A stretch of DNA of 64,000 nucleotides from Takakia lepidozioides (Eukaryota; Plantae; Bryophyta). The DNA is taken from NCBI GenBank assembly GCA_030704615.1, contig CM060731.1, forward strand, positions 22,816,001 to 22,880,000, read 5' to 3'. Below the pieces are notes generated by a model that was not told where the DNA came from, did not search any database, and saw nothing but the letters and a program-made list of their open reading frames with translations. Within the stretch, counting starts at the first letter, position 1; every line of letters begins with the position of its first letter. Shown here piece by piece: positions 11,601-22,194 of the stretch. Position numbers and translations under genes: made by a program.

Positions 11601-13344
11601 TTCTAGAGGATATCTGGAAAACCCGGATTAATTCTTTATATGAAGGTAAGTCTTACTACCAACGTCAGCCCCTGACAGAGGTAGGTTCTGTTCCTTTTGT
11701 TCCCGCTCAAACTGGGCGTGGGGTCGATGGCCACAAGGCTACAGCAAACAACGTCTTATGAGTACTATATCTTTCTCTGGTCATTTTAGGTTTAGTGGAT
11801 TTCTAGAAGAGGTTGACTTACATTCTAGCAGTTGCTGATAGGTGAAGTCTCTGTCGCGTTCTCTTGTCAGATGCCTCTTTCTGTTGCTTTAGAAGGGCAT
11901 AAAACCTTACAGGCAGTTCTGAAAAGCTGCAACCACCATAATCTGGGTGTGATGGATTAACAGGTGTTCATAGCAGCTGCCCTGATCTTGGGAGATGGGC
12001 TCTACAATTTTGTGAAGATCTCATTCATTACAGGGAAGACTCTGTATATCCAAAGCCAGACCTCTCAGCAGCTACCCATGCTCACAGGTATGTAAAATTA
12101 ACAAGTTTACGGTCATCTTTCTTAACACTTTGGCAGAAATTCTTTTGTTTATTAACTCGTTTTTCCACTTCCTTCTAAGTGTGGGGATTCTGGACATTTT
12201 GAGTTGATGGAAACCCAACAAGCACACACACATACATTCTTCTGAAAATGTTCTTAAAACCCAAGAAAAAGTAGAAGGTTGCTAGATTGCTTGCTTATCT
12301 CTGCTCCCTCTTGTATGACTAGATTTAGACCATTCTTTAGAGCAGGGTGGTAACCAACAAGCATTGTTGTCCTTACCCACATGGAGTGGTTTAACAGGTG
12401 AAGTCACGGAAAATATATCTGTGGATGAGAAGCGGCGTGATGAGGTGTTTTTGAAGGAAGGAGTGCCATTGTGGGTCGCGACATCGGGCTATGTTGCATT
12501 GGCAGCCATATCCATGATGGTGATTCCCCAGATGTTTCCTTCTGTAACATGGTACTTTGTGTTAGGGGCTTACATTTTGGCCCCTGTTCTTGCATTCTGC
12601 AATGCTTATGGTTGTGGGTTAACAGACTGGAGTCTGGGAACGACTTATGGAAAGATTGGTCTCTTTGTCTTTGCGGGCTGGGCTGGAACCAATGGAGGCG
12701 TTCTTGCAGGCCTGGTGGGATGTGGACTTATGATGACAATTGTCACGACAGCAGCTGATTTGATGCAAGACATTCGAACTGGGTACCTTACGCTGTCATC
12801 CCCACGCTCCATGTTTGTTAGCCAATTATTGGGCACGGTAATCGGCTGTGTGATAGCACCCCTCACATTCTGGCTGTTCTGGATTTCATTCGATGTTGGA
12901 GATCCAAATGGAGAGTATAAAGCCCCAAATGGAGTCCTTTTCCGGGCCATGTCCATAGTCGGTGTTGAAGGTTTCTCAGCACTACCGCCACACTGTCTCG
13001 AGTTTTGCTATGTGGCTTTTGCTTTGGCTGTGGTGCTGAACATCATTCGTGACTTGGTGCCTCAGAAAGTTGCCTCCTATATCCCAATCCCAATGGCCAT
13101 GGGAATTCCATTCTACATTGGGGCCTACTTTGCAATTGACATGTTTATTGGGTCGGTCATCTTGTTTGCTTGGCAAACTCTCAACAAGAAGGAGGCAGAT
13201 ATCTATTCAGCAGTTGTAGCGTCGGGATTGATTTGCGGGGATGGCATCTGGAGCGTTCCCGCGGCACTTCTCTCACTTGCTAAAATCAACCCACCCATTT
13301 GCATGATGTTTGTTAAAGCAGCAGAGGCTGCCACTGGTGGGTAG
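2687..13344 (+). CDS. YSL: Yellow stripe-like (YSL, OPT family) metal-nicotianamine transporter, 7 exons, ~704 aa
   Basis: Exons 2687-3131, 4216-4388, 5265-5362, 6384-6521, 6746-6935, 11964-12087 and 12398-13344 are all GT-AG with consistent phases (2115 nt). Motifs: [71 protein letters not shown]. Confidence 0.95.
3377..3649 (-). mobile_element. 5'-truncated copy (3' end only) of the intron-5 LINE family, antisense in YSL intron 1
   Basis: Reverse complement aligns to ~11497-11767 (shared [15 protein letters not shown] and AAACAACGTCTTATGAGTAC). It is flanked by a degenerate TSD: TTGATTGGCAGAGAGA (3361-3376) and TTGAATGGCAGGGAGA (3650-3665). Confidence 0.9.
7500..11761 (+). pseudogene. LINE polyprotein (N-terminal region, APE endonuclease, reverse transcriptase, CCHC finger), disrupted
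   Basis: ORFs 7500-8624, 8263-11145 and 11267-11578 join into one protein. Lesions: frameshift near 8610, TGA at 11143, deletion/frameshift near 11260, TAG at 11576 (CAG in the sister copy). The natural stop is probably 11759-11761. Confidence 0.9.
7860..8272 (+). repeat. Three in-frame 141-bp (47-aa) tandem repeats within the LINE ORF
   Basis: CCTAAGTGT recurs at 7872, 8013 and 8154; PKCxEP..[18 protein letters not shown]..HGVIVP is repeated three times. Confidence 0.95.
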
Positions 13345-14284
13345 CTGCTAGTTCATCGGGTATGACAGCCATTATATGGCTGTTTGATGATGGTTTCATA
13401 CAGATTCTGTGGGGCTCGGATACAGGTTAACTTGTGATGTGGATGTGGATGGGCATTCCGCTGTTTAAGGGTCTGGGAAGGAGGGTGGTGTAGGGAGGAC
13501 ACGGTTCTGTATCAATCAGTCTGGATATTCCCAGGTGAATGTACATATGATTATTCCAATTGATACAGATCTCAGGTAATTTGACAGTGGCTTCTGCATA
13601 CTTTTCCCAATTACATGAAATATTTTGGTTCATACTTTTCTGTGCAGGAATAAAAGTGGCATAGGTGTGCTAGTTTTTCCTTCCTCTTCCTTAGCCAAGC
13701 TTTGATAATATGGGCTCCACCCTATCTTGGAAACTTATTTTTCCCAGATTGTCCAGCCAACACTTCATGAGAATATATACAATTTCGGAGTCTAGGTCCT
13801 ATTCATTCCTCTGGCTATGGGAGCAGCTACAGTAAATCCCCAATGAACCAGGGAATTTTTTTTCCAATGGTCTAGGTGGCTCATGTGGTGACTTCAATTT
13901 ACAACAAGATGCTCATATGGCGAGACAAATCATATGGGTGTAAAATTGATTGCCTACATCACCTTGAAATTTATCGAAATCTGGTGACATGTCAAGATTG
14001 TTGAGCTAAGTTCTTGCTTACCGTGCAACCAAGCTGGATCATGGCAAGGCATTCTTCTCCTTTGTAATTAGACACTTAATTTAGGTAGATGCAAGGTAAT
14101 GTTTGGGAGACCGTAAAATATGACATTTTTCTTGTGATGCGGGATCCATGTAGGTAGGTTCCACATTGGGACCCTAGGGAAAACATTTGGTAGACATTAG
14201 CTAGCAACATGAGATTGAAAATTTGAAGTGTGGAATAGAATTCTAATAAAGTTTGAATGAGTTTTTGTCTGGTGTATTCCATTC

Positions 14285-17200
14285 TTAACCCCTAAGCATC
14301 GGGAGCCAAATTGGAAAACAGCCCCAAAATGGGACCCACTGTCATCAATAACCCCTTATCTGCCGGCAGGAGTTCATCTAGGGAATTGAATACTCCATGG
14401 AGGTACCGACCAAATTTCAGAAGAAATGATCGTCAATTTAGGGAGATTATAACGAATTACTATGGTGAATTTATCAAGTCCAAGCAAGTGTGGACAGAAT
14501 AACTCACTTTGACCAAAGAAATTTACCATCACAATCTCTTAGTCTCGGATGACCTCAGACAGATTCATTGGTGGGTTACAGGTGTCCTCCTGAAATTGCA
14601 ACACCAAATTCCAAAAACATCTACGAGCGGGTTTGTATGTGCAATTAGGGGGGCGCACTTGGTGTGAAACAACAATGACATAGAAAATACTGCATAGATC
14701 CTACACATTATAACCAAATGCACTTTCATCTGGTGCAATCTTGCAGTGCCCAAAGGTGCAAAGGAATCTGAAATTTGTTTTTGAAAAAACCAAAAGCACA
14801 AGTGTAGATGGATTATTTTGTATTTTTTCCAGGCACTTCCAGGCCAGGCTTATTTTTCCGGCCAGGTGAACTTTTCCAGTATAAGGGGTCACGTCGTCAA
14901 AAAACCTTCGCTCCCATTAGGCACCCAGCGGGGCCATTTGCCCACACAGGGACCCGGGGAAGTTACTCATGTGTCCGTCCGCCATGAACCTCCCCAACTG
15001 TATCTCCCAACCACCTTGACCTCCCAAGAACTGAGGGGGGCTTGAACCCCCTGATCTGCCCAGTATGCAGACAGTTCCCCCCCTTCCCCAAAGTAGCCAG
15101 ACAACCCCCACAGCTTACACCCCACCTCTAGCAGCAGACCCCCCCCCCTCCCCCCCCTTCCCCAAAATACACCAGCACCCAAAAAAACAACAAAACCCAC
15201 CATCTTGCTTGCCCCCTCTCTGCCAATGCTCATTCACGAACCAAAGAACAAACACCAGCAACATAACAGGTCAAAAAAAAAAAGACGAGGACCCCGCCGC
15301 TGCCATGACACACACCCCCTGTAGCCATACAACACCATGAGCCCCCTTGTCACCTCCCTGCCAGATAGTACAGACCCCCCCCCCGGGAGGTCACTTCCAA
15401 AAATTTCCAACTGACGTGCAAAAAAATATAGGGTGCAATTTATTCACAAAAGATAAAAATTAGAAAATATTTAAAAATAATAAATGGTACATTCTATTGT
15501 GATCAGTGAATTTAAATTAATATAGGGTCTAAAATAATGACTGATTTTATTTTTTCTTAAAACTAATATAGGGTTGAGATAAATAAATCCAAAAATATAT
15601 ACATGCTCTTAGGGGAAAACTTAATACTTACAAAAAAATAGTGGCTAGGTAGGATTCAAAAAATGAGAAGGAAGGCATGGAGCAGATGGGGGATATCGCG
15701 ACAGCCTATTGATCTCCTAAATAGACCAACCACACCAGTTATGGTGTTATTAAACTACTTCTCAAAATCTAGAAGACAATTTAAATTCAAATATGATCAT
15801 ACCGACAACAAGTGGGTAGATGTAGATTCAATTATTAGTTCAGTCATTATGACTTTCGATAGAGCGCAAAACGTTTATACTTTGGATGCGGATGATGCGA
15901 ATGCTTTAAATGAATTTATCTCAACCAAAAAATAAATTCATTTGTCTTGTGAAAAACAATTCTTTTATTGTATTATTAATATAGGGTGCCTAATATTTGT
16001 TTGAAACAAAAAATTATAATTAAAATAGCATGCCGAAAAATCACCATATTACAAAATTATGTAATTATAAGGTACTAAAAAATACCCAAAGTAATAATAC
16101 CCCCCTACAAAATTCCCATTTATCCTACGTGCCCTATACAAGTAATACGGAGTAACTCCCCCGGGTACAGACCACACAAACCAAATCAGCAGCAGGTGCA
16201 GACAAATCCCGATTTCACTCCTCCCATCACAAGAACATACACAAAGCATTGAGCACAGTCAAAGCTATCACCTTGCCCGTATCATGTGGGCATCACGCCA
16301 ACATTGGGCGAGGCACATGTATGTCTCATTACACTGGGGACAGTAGAAGTGAGTCATCTTGCGGTACCATGCACACTGACGCCGAAGGCTGGAATGTAGA
16401 CACTTATGCACATGGGCCCGTCCTTCTCCATATACATAAGCCACTGGTTCAAAGCCATGAACACCAGCAGTCAAGCAATGTGTCATTTGCATAGTGAACT
16501 CAAGATGGTTAATTGCAAGTAGGCCTTTGCCTCTCAAATGCTCTTTGTGGAGCAAGTATGCATTCACCATGGTGGTGTCCAAAAAGAAAAAGAAGACACG
16601 GTGCCACCACTTGTGGGTCTTCAATTGCATACTATATGCACCCCTCAATTGATCCTGAACATCTATACCCCGCATGTATGTCTGGTATTGGACGGACACA
16701 GATGGAACCTGCACTTGCTGATTCCCCACAAATCGACGGACGCTCACAGGTGAATTGGGCCCACTGGCTGGCCGAGCTGCAGAAGACACAAGAAAAACAC
16801 CTTTCTTATCCCACCATAGAACGGCAGCAATTTGCCGCGTGACATGCATTTTGTACCACGAGTCCCCCTGTCGGGCAGTTTTAGATTTCTTCATGGCAAT
16901 CAAGGAAGGGGGCAGCCCCTTGCGGTTCAGCCTCACTGTATCAGTGGCCCAAGTGCCAAGAAAGGCCATGTTATACAACAACTGAGGAGAGGTGAAAAAA
17001 TTGTCGGTCACCACGACATGACCACGGCCATGCAGTGGTGATACCAACCTGTTCACCACATCATATCCCTCATCCTTTCCACTCTTTTCTCTCATCTCCT
17101 CTGGCCCTCCATTCTTGCCGCAGTAAAGATCAAAGTCATAAAACATAACTAGTGACATTATCCGCTAGGGCCCACACTTTATGCCCCCACTTAATCGGTT

Positions 17201-18675
17201 TCTTGGGCATGTACTGTCGGATGGCACAGTATTTGCCCTTGTACCGTATCATAACCTCATCAACGGTCGTCAGTCTCCAACCCCAAACTAACACCCACAT
17301 CAAATTTTCTCCACAGCAAGGCCCTCGGATTCGGAGACCGAGCAGTTGCAGGCATGGACTTTTTTGCACGAGCCACCTCCTTCAAACGCTTGAGAATCGG
17401 CATCAGGCCACAAGGTCTCCCTTACCAACAAATTCACTTCCTCGCCGAAACCGTTAGGATCACGCTCATCTCTTCGCTCTTTCCAACCCAAAATCAAGCC
17501 TACTTGCCTTCTAAAAAGAAAACGTCAATTGTGTGGCGGGGGGTGTTTGGGCCACCGTGAGGCACGAGGTGGAGGCGGCAAAGCAAACAAGTAAGATTCA
17601 GACAAACAACGAAGTATTTCTCTCACTTGCTGCACAGTAGCGTATTGCTCGACACTTGCCCAGCGACTAAGGATTTGCACCTCACTTGTGAGACATGGTG
17701 GGGGCTCTAATATCTATGGAGCATTCTGCTTAGGTGCCATGAGCAGCCTTGCGCTCGCCCTTGCCGCCCAAACAAGTAGGAAATTAAAGCACCATCAACA
17801 CAGATGGCGCCCCATCAACTCAAGACTGCAGATCAATGCACAGCATAACGACCATCTCCTCCACATTCTTGCACCCGCCCTAGTAGCTGCCCCAGCTCCA
17901 TTGAAGGACATTCAAAATAGACGTCAGCCATAATCCAAACAGCAGAGCATCCCCAATCTAAAATACTAAAAATGCACAGACGTGCCAGAGACCTGACAGG
18001 TGTTATTGCGGGGGCATGAAGCGCACATTCACCAACACTTCCAGTATGCGATTGCAGCCCTGCATTGCAAACACAATCAACGAACACGACATAACTCTAT
18101 GTAGCTCCCGCCAGCTCAAACTCAGGGCGGCATCCTCAGCCCATTGCCCAGCTAATGAGGCTGCATTGGGGCAATGGCGCAGCGTCGAAGGAGGCAACAC
18201 AATGCAAACGCGCCATGGATTCTACAATGGAAAGGTAATTTGTGGGTCCTAAGAAACAAAAGAATGCAGGGAAGAAGCTCGCGCGGGAACACCAAGGGGC
18301 CATCGGGTCACGGGCTGCCACCCAGCATGACACGTCGGGTGGCTAAAGCTGTCCCCACGGGCGGACATGTAGCCCGCCCCTGGCCCCATCGCCGCCAACC
18401 CACAACAATTGTCTGTCACGTGGGCAGGTCAACTCTGCTGGCAGGGCCCTGGCCATCGATTCCAGGGCACCCTTAGGGCTTAGAAAAATTGTGGTGGCCG
18501 GAGGATTTGTCCGATGGAGGCGCAATAAATTCCCTCGTGTGCAGCACGACCCCGCGCTCAATTTTCCTTCAGCAACTTTTTTCATCCAGGTTCATCCACG
18601 GAAGTTATTCCGTGGTTATTCCGTGGATGAAACGGCTGCGACCCGATTCGGGTCGCGTTGGCCTTTAGGCGTTAA
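14285..18675 (-). mobile_element. Putative extent of the piggyBac-like element
   Basis: TTAA-CCCCTAA at 14285 and TTAGGCG-TTAA ending at 18675. Subterminal palindromes GCGACCCGA-T-TCGGGTCGC (18638-18656) and CATCCACGGA..TCCGTGGATG (~18593-18629). The TIR match is short, so the left boundary is uncertain. Confidence 0.45.
16268..17500 (-). pseudogene. piggyBac-like (PGBD) DDD transposase, frameshifted and internally deleted
   Basis: TVDEVMIRYKG..RQYMPKKPIKWGHKVW (17136-17369); TDNFFTS, YMRGIDVQDQ, KWWHRVFFFFLD..VNAY and a C-terminal Cys-rich domain FYCPQCNETYMCLAQCWRDAH (16268-17158). Frameshift near 17140. The region upstream of the first Asp appears deleted. Confidence 0.9.
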
Positions 18676-18999
18676 GGTAGATACTAGATACCTACTTATA
18701 TAAGGTTCTTATTTTATTAGTAAATCCTTTAATAACTAACTAGGTAAGCACACACAAAGTATTGGGAGAAGAGCAGCCCATGATGCCCTTCCACTATTTA
18801 AGAACGGCCCTCGTAATGCGTTCAAAAATAGTGAAAAGGCCAAGTCAGCTGCCCCTCATCAGCGTAAAAACCCGACCTGTCCCTTCATGCCCTCCAAAAT
18901 TGTTATCTTATGAATTTCGTAAGGCTCTAGGTGTTTAATGCTTGGCATAAGGTGCCTCATCGTGTCAGGATGGAACTTCCAGTCTGAGCAGTCTGAGAA

Positions 19000-21015
19000 G
19001 ATAGGATAAATTGCTAGGACATACATGTCCACTAATGTTCATTGATCCCTCTGAAATTGAAATTATCGTTCAATTACCTATACCCACTACTGTTTCCAAA
19101 ACACGCGCCTTCATGGGTCATGTTGGCTACTACCGTTGTTTTATTAGGCCAATATGCCAAGATTGCTTTAGCTTTTACACAATTACTGAAGCGCGATACT
19201 GAACCTCATTGGACCAAAGAATGTCAATACTCCTTTAATGAATCAAAAAATCAATTGATTAAAGCTTTATTTTGATTTCACCTGATTTGACCAAATGATT
19301 TCAAAATTATGTGGATGCCTCCAATTATGCAATTGGCAGTGTTTTAAGCCAGAATGATGAAAGAGTTTTGATCATACTATTTGTTTTGCTAGTCAACAAT
19401 TCGCTACCGCTGAAGTTAATTATACTACTACGGGGTGGGAAGGATCGGGCATGATATATTACGTGCAAAATTTTGTTATTATTTATTGGGTTATCCTTTT
19501 GTTTTTCATGTTGACCATGATGCATTAAAATATCTTGTCAATAAACCTCAATTGAATGGTACTATAGTTGTTCAATGAGTTATACCATCGCAAGAATTCA
19601 TATATAAAATCGTGGTGTGCCCCAGGCGGAAGCATGCCAATGCCAATCATTTGACCCGATTATTGAAAGAAATGGGGATTGAGCCGACTGATGATTCCTT
19701 TCCCAAATGTTGCTCTTTTTGTGGTTGATGTTATGACGGGAGGATATGCGTTTGTTTCAATTATCTTGCCTTACAGCAATTTTATGAAGATTATACAAAA
19801 AGACAAAAGCATCAATTGGTTGAGAAAATTGCTCCCTATACAATTATTGGTGAAACATTGTACAAATTGGGGAATGATGGTGTTCTGCGACGATGTATTA
19901 TAGAGGCTGAAGTCCCCACGATATTGCAAAGATGTCATGTTGATGTATGTGGCGGTCACTTTGCATGCGATGAAACTGGGCGCAAGGTTTTGTTGTTAGG
20001 CTATTGGTGGCCAACTTTATTTGAAGATAAGTTTTGCTTATGTTCGTCGTTGTGATGCTTGCCAACGATTAGGCAAACCAATCTGATTGAGTTCAATGCC
20101 GTTGATTTTGATTCATGCACAAGCTGCTTTTGAGAAATGGGGTATTCGACTTTGTTGGACCTATCGCCACTGCTTCTTGCAAGGGTCAGAAACGTTATTT
20201 CCTTGTTGCTACTGAATATGTTACAAAGTGGGCTGAAGCAATGGCCACTCGAACTGATGCGACTGTGCTAGAAATAGTTTTCGTTAAGAATACCACACAA
20301 TAATCCATTGTCCAACCATTCGCGCGTTTTGATGATATGATGTTGTTTTAATTAATTATGTATTTGGCCGTCAGCTATTCAATAGTGGAGTTAAGAAAGT
20401 GGGTACCATGATCGCTTACTAATTCTCGGGGACAACCAAATCGAGAAATAATATTTTCAAATAAAAACGATGAGCAATTGTGATATCAAATTGATTTATG
20501 CACTAAGGGTCTATCATACCGTCTTTAAGGTTATCATTGGGTTTATACATTTTCAATTGGTCTATGGTCAGGAATCGATTTTACCTAACGAGTTGGAGAT
20601 TCCCTCCTTACTCATTGCCATCGAGGACCGCCTGGGCGATATTGCTTCACTATCGGCCCATCTGTTACAATTAGTTTAATTGGATGGAATTCGTCGTCAG
20701 GCCCTCCGAACTATTGAAGTAACGCAATTTGGGCGGAAGTCTATTTTTATAGCAGCCTAAAGTCTAAAACTTTTAAAGCTCACGATTTGTTCTTACTTTA
20801 TGATAGCCGTTTTAAAAAATACTCGGATAAATTGAAAATGTGATGGTTGGGTCTTTATCAAGTTGTCGAGGATTTTCCCAATGGGTCCGTGTAATTAACT
20901 AATGTGACTGGTGATCCATTGCCTACACATATTAATCATGGCGATAGTCTAAAATTGTTGTATACTTATATATTTTAAGAACAGAATCTAGGTTGTTTGG
21001 GGTGGGGAGGGTAGT
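19000..21015 (+). mobile_element. Degenerate Ty3/Gypsy pol relic (RT C-terminus, RNase H, integrase) with polypurine tract
   Basis: RAFMGHVGYY, YVDASNYAIGSVLSQ, NYTTT, CHVDVCGGHF..GYWWPTLF..CDACQR, DFVGPI..EYVTKWAEA, FQLVYGQE appear in RT-RH-INT order. PPT-like GGGGTGGGGAGGG at ~20999-21011. Many stops and frameshifts. Confidence 0.9.
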
Positions 21016-22194
21016 ACTTATCACAATGAGTAGTTACGGGTAGTCGTTATTATGAGCTGTTATGTAAGGACAATTAGTCATGACAGTTAGTGGAGCAATG
21101 GCGGGAGGAGTACTAACGGCGTGACAATCGTATAATATATTGGCACCTATTAGGGTGGTTGGCACCCTATCACACAGATAGGAGCGGGACAGACGCCCGA
21201 AGTCATTTAGCTATTCTCGTATTTGTGTTTTGATAGCAGTGTTGTGAACTTTGGGTGTGAGAGAGAATTTCATGTGTCAATATAAGCAGATGAGGTATGG
21301 GGCAAGGAAAGGTCTTAGGTCCATTACCGGGGGCGCTTCCCATTGGCTACATATCTCAAGATAATGGGTGATCGAGCGCAGAAGAAAGTGTGGGAAACAA
21401 CGTGCATGTTAGAATTATTTATCTTGTCCACCAAATTGCCAAAGTCGGTCATAAAAGCAATCAATTAGTTTTATGCTTCTTATTATCCTAATCTGAAAGC
21501 TGGTATAGTGGGAGAAGTTGAAAACATAGTAGATGTGATAATAATAACAAAGGTCTTGCAATTGCCGGGAGCAAATCACTATGTCGATGGTTTTAGAGAC
21601 AATGCCTTTGTCCCAGACAATTACATTGATAAAACCGATAGTTTGTTGGGTGCGATATATTTGTCCATGATTATTTAGCATCGATTGAAAGTGCCACCTA
21701 AAACTATTGACGTTATCCTTGTGGCTATAATAAATAGATGAGATAGTAACACTGCCAAAGACAAAGCTATTGAGACAGGTCATGTGAATGTCATAAGTCC
21801 CTTGTTTAGCCATAGTGTTGACAATATAACAAGTATTTCTTGGATATGAAGACTCCGAGATTCAGTAGCAATCCTTCAACACATGGCAGTGGGAGCAATC
21901 GACCATAGTTGCTCAAAATGACGTAACGTGGCGTGAACACGTCCGCATTTCGTCCCGACGTGCATCATATCATCTCAAAAATTGACTTTACTCCGTGTAA
22001 TGCTTTTATTTTTTATTTTTTTTATTTTGATGTATGTAATTAACTTCAGAACATGTAAAAAGCCATGTCAACTAATGACGTGGAATTATATTAATGAAAA
22101 TTAGTATATTTTCTTTAAAAAACCCTAGCAACATTTTTTTTGAAAAATTCAAGAGGCATAAACAAATTGGTAATTTTTTTGGAGAATTAAACAG

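Larger units (their letters stand above)
7072..11769 (+). mobile_element. Near full-length, defective APE-RT non-LTR retrotransposon (RTE/RTE-X-like, clade uncertain) in YSL intron 5
   Basis: 13-bp TSD TCTTTCTCTGGTC at 7059-7071 and 11770-11782. APE endonuclease motifs (TFNFSGL, GQETW, LGDFDAR, IVDYII, SDHFLV), RT motifs ([39 protein letters not shown]) and a C-terminal CPLC..H..C finger. Confidence 0.95.

Noticed and set aside
12404-13176. Antisense and alternative-frame ORFs over YSL exon 7 (similarly over the LINE RT, murG and PRK)
   Set aside because: They are shadow ORFs of real coding sequence with no independent support.
21415-21813. 132-aa minus-strand ORF beside the Gypsy relic
   Set aside because: It has no recognisable motif and is probably decayed TE-internal sequence.
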